A stretch of 64,000 nt of DNA from Alphaproteobacteria bacterium (GTDB lineage Bacteria > Pseudomonadota > Alphaproteobacteria > UBA828 > JAPUJA01): positions 335,158 through 399,157 of the forward strand of contig CBDAPE010000015.1 of assembly GCA_965198325.1 (NCBI GenBank), read 5' to 3'. The notes under the pieces are model-generated. The model was not told the DNA's origin and searched no databases. It was given only the letters and a program-made list of their open reading frames with translations. A program made the position numbers and the translations under genes. Within the stretch, counting starts at the first letter, position 1. The number at the start of each line of letters is the position of its first letter. This document shows, piece by piece, positions 17,605 to 26,815 of the stretch.

Positions 17605-18239
17605 CTAGAACCGGTAGCTGACGGCGACTTCGAAGTTGTGGGTCTGGTACTCGTCGCCGATCATGCCCATGTCGACGTCGGACGTCGCAACAAAGCGGTA
17701 TCCGCCGCGCACGGCGAGATCCTCGGAGAACGCGAGCGCGATGCCGGCGAGCCCCTTGAAGGCGAACAGGGTGTCGCCGTCGGACGTGCCAGTGCCGTGG
17801 AAATCGATATCGACGTCCGTCAGGCCGAGCCCGCCGCCGAGATAGGGCAGGACCTTCGAACTCTCGTGTCGAAGTCGTAGAGCATGTTCAACATGCCGCC
17901 CAGGGCGCGCAGATCGCCGGTCGTGTTGTCGGGCAATGTGGTCACTCCCAGATCGACCGATCCATCGTCGACGCCGCTCAGGCGGAAGCTGACCTCGAAC
18001 TCAGTCCGCAGGCCGCTATCGTAGAGATAGCCGAGCGAGCCGGTGAAATCGATCGAGTTGTCGGCCGCGCGCGTGTCGCTCACGGGGAGCATCGTATCGG
18101 CAAAACTGGGTCTTTCGATCGCGACATATCCGGCGCCGAGGTTGCCATAGTAGCCGGCATCACTATCCTCGGCCCCGGCAACGGACGATATCGCCGTCGC
18201 GATTACCCCGGTCAGACAAAGAAGCATGAGCTTCTTCAA
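17605..18239 (-). pseudogene. Outer-membrane beta-barrel (OMP_b-brl/OmpA-like porin family) protein, frameshifted
   Basis: The N-terminal part MKKLMLLCLTGVIATAISSVAGA...MLNMLYDFDTR is followed by a break near 17860. The real C-terminus SKVLPYLGGGLGLTDVDIDFHGTGTSDGDTLFAFKGLAGIALAFSEDLAVRGGYRFVATSD...EVAVSYRF then a stop continues in another frame. It is a paralogue of 20335-20976. Confidence 0.7.
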
Positions 18240-18476
18240 CGGCCTTTCCCCTCCCGGATCCGGTCAGGCCCAACCGGATCGCTCGGTCAATGATAGGCGC
18301 GTGGCCGATCAGGTCAACCGTCTCCGATCGCCAGCCCTGCGAGTTCTCCGGGTTGATGAAGCTTTGATTATGGTTAACAACGGGTTAACCACGCCGAGGA
18401 CGCACCGGCGACCGCGCACTCCATGGCACGGCCCGGAGGGCGGCCCGCGGGTTTTCGGGCGCGGATCGTGCCGTGG

Positions 18477-18920
18477 CTATTTCACCGTGACGACGGTGCA
18501 GTCGGCATGATGATTGAGTTTGGACGACACGCTGCCGAGCAGAACGCCCTCGATCGGACCCAGGCCGCGACGCCCGGTGAACACCATATCGATGTCGTGG
18601 TCCGTGATGTAGTCGAGGATGGTTTCGACGGGATTACCGGCCAGCGCGTGACCCTGCACGTCGACGACGCCCTGCTCCGTGAGCGCCCGCTCGACCGGGC
18701 CGACAATCCTCTCGTGTGCCACATCGAGCTCCAGGTTGCCCGAACTATCCATATGCTCCACCGAGGGGAAGTCTTTGATCTCGTCGGGGACTTCATGACG
18801 GGGCAAGACGTAGAGAATATGGATCGCCGCGCCCAGTGATTCCGCGATCTCGCCCGCGAGATCGGCGGCGCGCCGGGCATGATCCGATCCGTCCATGGCG
18901 ATGACGATATTTCTGACCAT
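18477..18920 (-). CDS. Universal stress protein (UspA family)
   Basis: MVRNIVIAMDGSDHARRAADLAGEIAESLGAAIHILYV...DMVFTGRRGLGPIEGVLLGSVSSKLNHHADCTVVTVK. The RBS is AAAGGACGAAAAGG. Confidence 0.85.
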   Translation of the reverse strand: MVRNIVIAMDGSDHARRAADLAGEIAESLGAAIHILYVLPRHEVPDEIKDFPSVEHMDSSGNLELDVAHERIVGPVERALTEQGVVDVQGHALAGNPVETILDYITDHDIDMVFTGRRGLGPIEGVLLGSVSSKLNHHADCTVVTVK

Positions 18921-19147
18921 GTCGCCTTTTCGTCCTTTCGTTACGGCTCGTTCGTTCGACCGTCCGCCTCGAACTTGCCTCCAACCGGGTTCCGGTTGGT
19001 GCGCAGGACGCCGGTCTACTTCACGAACCCAACCGCGGAACCCGACCGGCCAACGCACGCTCATGCTTTAGGCCGGTACCAGCCTGACTGGACCACCCCC
19101 AACATGCATTGACCTGGATCAACGGCCGCGGGGGCTGCGTGGTTCCG

Positions 19148-20221
19148 TCAGTCGGCCCCGGAGATATCGACGTCGTCGATCAAGTTGAGGAGATCGCGAA
19201 GCAGCTCCGCTTTTTCGCCTTCGAGTCCCCCGGGAAGCTTGACGGAGAGGCGAACCAACTGGTCGCCCCGTCCCTCGCCCTCGCGACGGGGCAGGCCGAA
19301 TCCCCTCAGCCGGTAGAGTCCGTGACTCTGGGCACCCGGTCGAATTCGCACCTTGCGGGGCCCGTCGATCGTTTGCACCGCGACAGTGCCGCCGAAGATC
19401 GCCTGCTGGAGACTGATGTTGGCCTCGCTGTATAGATCATCGTCGCGCGGCTCGAAATAGGTGTGGGAGGCGAGCTTCAGAACGATATAAAGATCTCCGG
19501 CAACACCACCATGGTCACCATCGTGACCCCTGCCCCGCAGTAAAATGGGAATCTCATCGGGCGCCCCCGGCGGGAAGTCGATGTCGACACGGCGGTTTCC
19601 CCCGACCCGGCCGCCGCCGTGGCAGGCGAGGCACGGGTTATCGAAGACGACGCCGCGTCCCCGGCAGGCCGGGCAATCGGTTCGCTCGCGGAACAGCTCT
19701 CCACCGTCCGGGCGTTCGCTGTAGACAGTGCCCGAGCCGCTGCATGGCCCGCAGGCAGTGACCCGACCATCGAGCGAGCCCCGGCCCGAACAGGCTTCGC
19801 AGCGGCGCAGGGCACGAACCGTCACGGAGCGCGTGCCGCCCGTCAGGGCGTCTTCCAGTGGAATCGCCAGCTCGATCACGACGTCACCGCCCGGCTCGGG
19901 CTCTGGCCACCAGCCGCTGGTTTCCTCCGCGCCCATGCCGAACAGCTCGGCCAGCCCCGTTTCGCCGAAAATCTCCGTGAAGCTGAAGGATCCGCCGCGG
20001 AAATCCGCGCCGTCGAAAACACCCGCGCCAGCCCGGCGCCGGGCTGGTTCGCTCAAGCGCTGGTAGGCTTCGTTGATCTCGCGGAAGCGTTCGGCAGCCT
20101 CGGGCGTATCGCCGCTGACGTCCGGATGGTATTGGCGCGCGAGCCGCCGATAGGCCGCCTTGATTTCATTCTCGCTCGCGTTCCGCCGAACGCCAAGGAC
20201 ATCGTAGGATTCGCGCTTCAT
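19148..20221 (-). CDS. DnaJ-type chaperone paralogue (J domain, G/F region, four CxxCxGxG zinc-finger repeats, C-terminal domain)
   Basis: The J domain is YDVLGVRRNASENEIKAAYRRLARQYHPD. The zinc-finger repeats are CEACSGRGS, CGPCSGSG, CPACRGRG and CLACHGGG. Confidence 0.85.
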   Translation of the reverse strand: MKRESYDVLGVRRNASENEIKAAYRRLARQYHPDVSGDTPEAAERFREINEAYQRLSEPARRRAGAGVFDGADFRGGSFSFTEIFGETGLAELFGMGAEETSGWWPEPEPGGDVVIELAIPLEDALTGGTRSVTVRALRRCEACSGRGSLDGRVTACGPCSGSGTVYSERPDGGELFRERTDCPACRGRGVVFDNPCLACHGGGRVGGNRRVDIDFPPGAPDEIPILLRGRGHDGDHGGVAGDLYIVLKLASHTYFEPRDDDLYSEANISLQQAIFGGTVAVQTIDGPRKVRIRPGAQSHGLYRLRGFGLPRREGEGRGDQLVRLSVKLPGGLEGEKAELLRDLLNLIDDVDISGAD

Positions 20222-20334
20222 TGCTTCATACGGGGTTTGGGCGACCGCTCACCAGACACCATCAGGGCCGCCAACGCTACCATCCAACTGTCTGAAAACA
20301 AAGCATTCGCGGCCGTTTCGCCCAAGCCTGCCGA

Positions 20335-20976
20335 TCAGAATGCGACGAAGCCGATTTGCAGACCGATCCCGAGAATATGGTTCTGAACCTCGAATTCGGC
20401 GCCGGCAATCTCGGGGTCGCTCGTCGCGAAGTAGCGGTAGCCGCCTCGCGCCCAGACGTTGTCGGAAATCCGGTAGGACGCCCCGATCAGGGCCTGATAG
20501 GCGAGCACCGTATCGGTATCGTCGACGTCTAAGGTCGTGCTATCGAGCTCGACGCTCGCGCCCCCGATCCCCGCTCCGACATAGGGCGACCAGGCCGAGC
20601 GCATATCGATGTCGTAATACAGGTTGATCAGGCCATAGGCGGTCGATACGTCGCCATTGAGGGCCGCGTTGGCCGCGACCGCGGTGCCGAAGAAGGTGCC
20701 GGCGGCCGAGACGCTGTCGAGATCGTTACGCCGGAAGCCCACCTCGAACTCGCTGCGAAAGCCGCCGCCATAGCGGTAGCCGATGGCGACAGCTGCGCCC
20801 AAGCCGTCCTCCGCCGACAACTCGGCGCCACTCGAAAGCTCGGAATCACCGAACACGGCGTAGCTCGGTCCGATATCAAAGTAATAGCCCTGCCCTTTAT
20901 CGCGCGCCGAAACCGGCGGCGCCGAGGCAGCGATGGCAAACGCAACCACGCCAAACAGGAGATAAACCCTTCGCAT
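20335..20976 (-). CDS. Outer-membrane beta-barrel protein (OMP_b-brl family), intact paralogue
   Basis: A signal peptide (MRRVYLLFGVVAFAIAASAPPVSA), alternating beta-strand pattern, and a C-terminal aromatic residue (IGFVAF then stop). Confidence 0.75.
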   Translation of the reverse strand: MRRVYLLFGVVAFAIAASAPPVSARDKGQGYYFDIGPSYAVFGDSELSSGAELSAEDGLGAAVAIGYRYGGGFRSEFEVGFRRNDLDSVSAAGTFFGTAVAANAALNGDVSTAYGLINLYYDIDMRSAWSPYVGAGIGGASVELDSTTLDVDDTDTVLAYQALIGASYRISDNVWARGGYRYFATSDPEIAGAEFEVQNHILGIGLQIGFVAF

Positions 20977-21044
20977 GGCTCCCTATTTAACGCGAAATGG
21001 ACAGCCGTGCATCGGATCATTTCGATCAGCTCATCCCGTTCTTC

Positions 21045-22367
21045 CTAGGTTACCGTGCTGATAATCCGTTGATGCTCCATGCGCTTGATCCTGCCGAATA
21101 GCTCGAAGAAATCCCCGCCCATGCCCTGCGGAATCCAGGCGGAATTATCGAAATTATCAAGCAACTTGGACCAGTCGGTCGTGATTTTGGGGACACTCTC
21201 ATCCAAATCGAGATGGCCCTTGGCCGGGGGGCCGGGGTCGAGCTCGTTCTTGATGCCGTCGAGGCCGCCGGCAATCAGCGCAGCGAGCCCGAGATGCAGG
21301 CAAATGTCGCCGCCCGGAACGCGCAGCTCGATCCGCGTCCCTTTCGGGGTGACGTTGATCGCGCGCACCGCCGCGACGCGGTTGTCCATGCCCCAGGCGA
21401 TGGAGATGGGCGCGAAGCTTTCCGGCGCGATGCGCTTGCACGAGTTGGGATAGGGCAGATAGATCGTGGCAAGCTCTTCGAGATGGGCGAGGACGCCGCC
21501 GATGAAATAGCGACAGACCCGGCTGATCTTGAGCGGATCGTTATCGTCGGCGAAGGCGTTGCTGCCGTCTTTGTTCGCGAGAGAGAAATGCAAGTGGCAG
21601 GAACTGCCCGCCTCTTCGGTGTAGGGCTTGGCCATGAAGGTCACCTGCCGGTCCATGGCGACGGCGGTCTCCTTCAGGGTCGCGCGGAAGAGGTGCCCGG
21701 CATCGGCGATGGCCATCGCCTCGCCATATTCCGCGGTGATCTCGAACTGACCGGGGCCGTATTCGTAGTTGCACGCCTCGTAGTCGACATGGGCCGAGGC
21801 GGCGTCGATCAACGCCTGTTCTTCCTCACGGAAACCCCAGCGCTTGAGCATCGAGTAGGCGTTCGCCCCGGTGTCGCACAGCTGATGATCCGCATCGAGA
21901 AAATAGAACTCGAACTCGGGCGCCGCGTAGGCCGTGAAACCAAGCTCGTTGAGCTGGGCCAGGCCGCTTTTTAACAGGTTGCGCGGATCTTCGACGACGG
22001 GGCTGCCGTCGGCCCAGTGCAGGTTGGTCAGGCATTGGGCGGTGTTGGGCTCGTGACGGAGCAGGCGCATCGAGCCGAGATCGGGCACGGCGTAGAAATC
22101 GCCGAACCCGATCTCCTCGCCGAACCGGGTGTTGCGCAGCCAGCGAGCCTGGAGATCGATGGCGAACAGCAGGGCGGCGAAGAGCACGCCCTTGTGGCGC
22201 AGATCGTCGAAGGTGTCGAGCGCGAGGCGTTTTCCTCGGGGGATGCCGTGCAGGTCCATCCATTCGACGCGCACCTTCTCGACCCCGTTGGCGCGAAGCC
22301 AATCCATGACTTCGCCGTCGCCGCCCTGGAACCGCCGAATGTTGCCGTGATCCCCCGTTGCCACCAT
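21045..22367 (-). CDS. Glutamine synthetase family protein (GSI-like; candidate gamma-glutamyl-amine ligase of the GlnA3/PuuA/GmaS type)
   Basis: 440 aa from MVATGDHG (GGAGA RBS). A GS catalytic-domain pattern is present: EFEFYFLD...NYEYGPGQFE...HLHFSL. Confidence 0.8.
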   Translation of the reverse strand: MVATGDHGNIRRFQGGDGEVMDWLRANGVEKVRVEWMDLHGIPRGKRLALDTFDDLRHKGVLFAALLFAIDLQARWLRNTRFGEEIGFGDFYAVPDLGSMRLLRHEPNTAQCLTNLHWADGSPVVEDPRNLLKSGLAQLNELGFTAYAAPEFEFYFLDADHQLCDTGANAYSMLKRWGFREEEQALIDAASAHVDYEACNYEYGPGQFEITAEYGEAMAIADAGHLFRATLKETAVAMDRQVTFMAKPYTEEAGSSCHLHFSLANKDGSNAFADDNDPLKISRVCRYFIGGVLAHLEELATIYLPYPNSCKRIAPESFAPISIAWGMDNRVAAVRAINVTPKGTRIELRVPGGDICLHLGLAALIAGGLDGIKNELDPGPPAKGHLDLDESVPKITTDWSKLLDNFDNSAWIPQGMGGDFFELFGRIKRMEHQRIISTVT

Positions 22368-22478
22368 TGATGGTCTCCCCATTCCTGAGTCGAACGCCGA
22401 ACGTGCCCCATCCGCAGGGTGCCCGACCATTCAAGGCAGATTATATCAGCCATGGGGGAGCGTCACCCGGTGCGTCGA

Positions 22479-23302
22479 TCAGGCCGGGCGCTCCCAGACC
22501 CGCGGAAACTGCAGATCGAGATCGAACGAATCTCCGGTCTTGAGATCGGTCGGGTATTTCGGAAACTCGGCGGGCGGGTCGCGCAGGACGAACCAGGAAT
22601 TCTCGGACAGCCAGCGATGGGTCAGCGAGCGGCGCGTCTGGTTCGTCGTCGGATTGGCGCGTCCCTGATGGAGCGTCAAGCCATGAAAAAACAAGACATC
22701 GCCAGGCTCCATTTCCCAAAAGACGATGTCGTAATTGTCCCGGTTGGCCTCGATCTCGGGAACGCGTTCGAAGACGTCGCCGGGATAGCGCGAGCCGTCG
22801 GCCAGGCTGTCGATCGGCGCAAACCAACGGTTCCATTTATGGGAGCCGCGGATGAACTCGACGCAGAATTCCTCGCCCATACAGAACAACGGAATCCAGT
22901 TCGAACTCATCTGCCCATCGACCGCCATGTAGGGCAGATCCTGGTGCCAATTGGTCAGCGCGAGCGTGCCGGCCTCCTTGACAAAGACGTGGTCGTCAAA
23001 AAGGTTTACCCGGCTTGCCCCGATGAGCCTGCCCGCGAGCTCGGCGCAGGGCCCCTCGAACGCGAAACGTTTGAGCTCCGGCACGTGACGCCACATATAG
23101 AAATCGTTGAAGAAATAACCGGGGCGCCTTCCTTCGTGTAGATCTCCGCATAGGGGCCGGGATCCGCCATATCCTGTTCGACGCCGGTTCGGATCATTTC
23201 AATCCACGCAGGCTCGATGGCGCCCCGCAGGCAGACGACACCGTCTTCTTCGTAGGCCCGGATATGCTCGTCGGTGATCTCGAAGCTGGCCGCCTTCGTC
23301 AT
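22479..23302 (-). pseudogene. Phytanoyl-CoA dioxygenase (PhyH) family Fe(II)/2OG oxygenase, frameshifted. Tandem paralogue of 23358-24182.
   Basis: MTKAASFEITDEHIRAYEEDGVVCLRGAIEPAWIEMIRTGVEQDMADPGPYAEIYTKEGAP is followed by a frame break in a C/G homopolymer near 23105-23112. It continues as YFFNDFYMWRHVPELKRFAFEGPC...HWHQD-like in another frame. Confidence 0.7.
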
Positions 23303-23357
23303 TCGGCGTCGCTCTTCTCTCCCGGTCAGCCCGCCGCTACGCCGCCCGGTACGTCGA

Positions 23358-24182
23358 TCAGGCCGCCTGCTCCCAGACCCGCGGGAACTGGGGATCGAGG
23401 TCGATCGGATCGCCGGTCTTGAGCCCGGTCGGATATTTCGGGAATTCGGCGGGCGGGTCGCGCAGAACGAACCGGGCGTCGTCGGCCAGCCACCGGTGGG
23501 TCAGCGAGCGGCGGGTCTCGTTCGAGGTCGGGTTGGCGCGGCCCTGGTGGACCATCAGGCCTTGGAAGAAAAGGATGTCGCCGGGCTCCATTTCCCAAAA
23601 GACGATGTCGTAGTCGGCGCGATTGGCCTCGATCTCCGGGACCCGCTCGAAGACCCTGCTGGGATGGCGGGAGCCATCGAGCAGGCTGTCGACTGGCGCG
23701 AACCAGCGCTCCCATTTATGGGAGCCGCGAACGAACTCGACGCAGAGCTCTTCGGGAGCCGAAAACAGTGGAATCCAGTTCGAGCACATCCGTCCATCGA
23801 CGGCCATGTAAGGCTGATCCTGATGCCAGTGAGTGGGTGTCTGCGTGCCCGCCTCCTTGACGAAGATGTGGTCGAAAAAAAAGTTGACCCGGTTCGTCTG
23901 CATGAGCTTGCCAGCGATTTCGGCGCAGGGTCCCTCAAAGACGAATTGTTTAAGTTCGGGCACGTGGCGCCACATGTCGAAATCATTGAAGAAATAACCG
24001 AGATCGCTGGCGTCTGTATAAATCTCCACATTGGGGCCCGGTTCCGCCATGTCCTTCTCGACGCCGGTCTTGATCGTCTCGATCCATTTGGGCGAGATGG
24101 CACTTCGCAGGCAGACCACGCCGTCTTCCTGAAAGGCCCTGACCTGCTCGTCGGTAATCTCGAAGCTGTCGGGTTTCATCAT
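23358..24182 (-). CDS. Phytanoyl-CoA dioxygenase (PhyH) family Fe(II)/2-oxoglutarate-dependent oxygenase
   Basis: 274 aa from MMKPDSFEITDEQVRAFQEDGVVCLRSAI (GAGGGA RBS). HWHQDQPYMAVDG (HxD) is present, and a downstream His in FFQGLMVHQGRANPT. Confidence 0.75.
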   Translation of the reverse strand: MMKPDSFEITDEQVRAFQEDGVVCLRSAISPKWIETIKTGVEKDMAEPGPNVEIYTDASDLGYFFNDFDMWRHVPELKQFVFEGPCAEIAGKLMQTNRVNFFFDHIFVKEAGTQTPTHWHQDQPYMAVDGRMCSNWIPLFSAPEELCVEFVRGSHKWERWFAPVDSLLDGSRHPSRVFERVPEIEANRADYDIVFWEMEPGDILFFQGLMVHQGRANPTSNETRRSLTHRWLADDARFVLRDPPAEFPKYPTGLKTGDPIDLDPQFPRVWEQAA

Positions 24183-24308
24183 TCGTTGTCCCTCGTTCCC
24201 GCCAATCAAACGATCCCGTCTCCCACCCGCCCCAGCCCGAGGGCGATCGCGCCCCGCTGGCAGCGAGGATCGATGCATTGTCTAAAAAAACAGACAGTAG
24301 ATGCAAGT

Positions 24309-25028
24309 TCAAAATAAACCGCGCTGCGGGTCGCCAGGGCCGTCGGTGAGCGGCTCGATACAGGCGGGATCGTCGTGGGCCGGGGAATTGACGTGGGTCG
24401 AGACCGGCCAGGCGTCGAGACTGTTCGCCGGGCAGGGCCGCAACAGAGCTTCGAGGATCGGCCGGTCGCCGACTCCAGGGTCGAGCCACAGGGAATAATC
24501 GGAAGGCTCGAGAATGACTGGCATGCGGTCGTGAATGGGCGCAAGGCGCTCGTTGGCGTCGGTCGTGACGATGGTGCAAGTCTCGACCGGCGGGGCATCG
24601 ACCAAACCATCGCCCATGCCCTCCCAGTGCTCCCAGAGCCCGGCAAATGCGAACGGCGCACCATCGGCCGGAGCGATGTAGAAGGGCTGCTTGGCGCCGT
24701 TCCGTTTCTGCCATTCGTAGAAGCCGTCGGCCGGTATCAGGCATCGCCGGCGCCGGAAGGCCGCTCGAAAGGACGGCTTGTCGGCCGCGGATTCGGCGCG
24801 TGCGTTGATCATGCGGCTGCCGATCGATGGATCCTTGGCCCAAGAGGGGATCAGGCCCCAGCGGAGAAGGACCGCCTCGCGGTTCGGCCCGCCGATTTTC
24901 GCACGCACGGCCGCAATCGGTTGGCTCGGCGCGACGTTGTAGCGGGGCGGCGGATAATCGCCAGGTTCGCCGCCGAATGCGACCGCCAGGCGATCGGCCG
25001 GCGTTTTCAGGGTGAAGCGTCCACACAT
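24309..25028 (-). CDS. SOS-response-associated peptidase (SRAP/YedK, DUF159)
   Basis: MCGRFTLKTPADRLAVAFG...YNVAPSQPIAAV...LLRWGLIPSWAKDPSIGSRMINARAE. The catalytic Cys2 follows Met1. Confidence 0.85.
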   Translation of the reverse strand: MCGRFTLKTPADRLAVAFGGEPGDYPPPRYNVAPSQPIAAVRAKIGGPNREAVLLRWGLIPSWAKDPSIGSRMINARAESAADKPSFRAAFRRRRCLIPADGFYEWQKRNGAKQPFYIAPADGAPFAFAGLWEHWEGMGDGLVDAPPVETCTIVTTDANERLAPIHDRMPVILEPSDYSLWLDPGVGDRPILEALLRPCPANSLDAWPVSTHVNSPAHDDPACIEPLTDGPGDPQRGLF

Positions 25029-25206
25029 GGCGGCTCAGGCTCCGGCCGGACGCGCCCGGTGCACGGGACAGACCCGGCGCCGGAACGAGGGGAGGCTTCG
25101 GTTTGGCACCGGGTGATTATATTTGCTATAAAGGCGCGGCCCGGAAGACCCCTTGCGGGCGAAAGGGCCGTCTGACAAGGCCCAATAAAACCGGAGGAAC
25201 AAGATC

Positions 25207-25323
25207 GTGTGGGAACTGTGGCTACCACTGCTCGTCTGCGCAGCAACGCTCGGCGTCAGCATTCTGCTCTACTACGCCGCCAAGAAGCTGCTGTTCGAGG
25301 GGCGGGAGAAGGACTATTCCTGA
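25207..25323 (+). CDS. Small (38 aa) single-TM membrane protein, hypothetical
   Basis: GTG start with GGAGGA 8 nt upstream. The protein is MWELWLPLLVCAATLGVSILLYYAAKKLLFEGREKDYS: a hydrophobic helix followed by a KK anchor. It is not in the ORF track because it is under 60 aa. Confidence 0.4.
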   Translation: MWELWLPLLVCAATLGVSILLYYAAKKLLFEGREKDYS

Positions 25324-25393
25324 ACGGTGACCCGGGGCTCGCTGCGAGGCACTCCAGCGGTCCTCAAGACCAAGCTATTCGATGCCGGGCGGC

Positions 25394-25580
25394 GATAAGA
25401 CGGGGCTTACATACTTAACTTGACAGGCGGCAATCCCGCGCTCGCGTCAGTCGGTACGAACGTAACACAACGGCCCATGACTGGAAAAACCACGCTTCGG
25501 CGACCGCATTGCAGCTAAAATGGGGCCACGGCAGCTGGCGAACCTGCCCGTCAAGCTAAGTATGTAAGCCCCGATAAGAC
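25394..25580. promoter_or_regulatory. Long inverted repeat (28-bp arms with 2 mismatches, about 117-bp spacer) in the leader of the alcohol dehydrogenase gene. Each arm abuts a direct gataagac motif.
   Basis: Arm 1 (25401-25428) is cggggcttacatacttaacttgacaggc. Arm 2 (25546-25573) is gcccgtcaagctaagtatgtaagccccg, the reverse complement. The gataagac motif sits at 25394-25401 and 25573-25580. Confidence 0.5.
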
Positions 25581-25614
25581 CGGCCCGACGGGCGCCACAA
25601 CCGGGGAGAGGGTC

Positions 25615-26796
25615 ATGAGCGATCTCGCACAGCTGCGCGGTAATTTCGGTTTCCCGACGGTCATACGGTTCGGCATCGGGCGAATCACGGAATTGCCGGA
25701 GGTTTGCAAGAGCCTGGATATCGCCCGCCCGCTGCTGGTCACCGATCCGGGGCTCACCGCACTGCCCATGATCGGCGCGGCGATCGCCGCCAACGAGGCG
25801 GCTGGCCTGCCGACCGGCCTGTTTTCCGACATCAAGCCCAATCCGGTCGGTCAGAACGTACTCGACGGGGTCGCGGCCTACCGGGAGGGCAACCATGACG
25901 GCGTCATCGCCTGGGGTGGCGGCTCGGGGCTCGACGTCGGCAAGTCGATTGCGTACATGACGGCCCAGAGCAAGCCCTGGACGGACCTCGCAGGGTTGGG
26001 CGACGAATGGCTAGAGGCCAATGCCGAGGGGATCGCACCAATTGTCGCCGTGCCGACAACCTCGGGCACAGGCTCGGAGGTGGGACGCGCAACCGCCCTG
26101 ATCGAAGAGGCCACCGAGATGAAGAAGTGCCTGTTCCATCCCGATCTGATGCCCGCGGCGACGATCGCGGACCCGGACCTCACGGTCGGCCTGCCCCCGA
26201 AATTTACGGCGGGCACAGGGATGGACGCGCTGGCCCACTGCATCGAGGCCTATTGCGTGCCCGATTATCATCCGCTCGCGGAAGGTGTTGCGGTCGAGGG
26301 CATCCGTCTGGTCAAGGAATGGCTGCCGGCGGCGGTCAAGGACGGCACCGACCTGATCGCGCGCTCGCACATGATGATCGCCTCGATGGCGGGCGCGACG
26401 GCGTTTCAGAAGGGCCTGGGCGCGATCCATTCCCTGAGCCACCCGGTGGGCGGCCATTTCGACAGCCATCACGGCGAGACCAACGGCGTGGTGATGCCCT
26501 ATGTGCTGGCCTACAACGGCCCGGCAATCGAGGAGAAGCTGATCCGGCTCGCGCGCTACCTGAACCTGCGCAACCCGTCTGTTCAGGCGGTGGTCGAGTG
26601 GACGATCGAACTTCGGGCCGAAATCGGCATTCCCAACACGCTTGTGGACTATGGCGTGACCGACGGACACGTCGCCCAGCTCGCCGCCGACGCAGTTGTC
26701 GACCCGGCGGGTTTCGGCAATCCGCGGCCGCTATCGGAGGAGATGCTGGCCGGGCTGTTCCGAAACGCCATCCGCGGCGAGATTCCCACGCCATAG
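25615..26796 (+). CDS. Iron-containing (group III) alcohol dehydrogenase
   Basis: 393 aa. GGGSGLDVGK is the NAD-binding motif and HSLSHPVGGHFDSHHG is the metal-binding motif. Confidence 0.85.
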   Translation: MSDLAQLRGNFGFPTVIRFGIGRITELPEVCKSLDIARPLLVTDPGLTALPMIGAAIAANEAAGLPTGLFSDIKPNPVGQNVLDGVAAYREGNHDGVIAWGGGSGLDVGKSIAYMTAQSKPWTDLAGLGDEWLEANAEGIAPIVAVPTTSGTGSEVGRATALIEEATEMKKCLFHPDLMPAATIADPDLTVGLPPKFTAGTGMDALAHCIEAYCVPDYHPLAEGVAVEGIRLVKEWLPAAVKDGTDLIARSHMMIASMAGATAFQKGLGAIHSLSHPVGGHFDSHHGETNGVVMPYVLAYNGPAIEEKLIRLARYLNLRNPSVQAVVEWTIELRAEIGIPNTLVDYGVTDGHVAQLAADAVVDPAGFGNPRPLSEEMLAGLFRNAIRGEIPTP

Positions 26797-26815
26797 GACC
26801 TGCCGGCGCGTCTGT

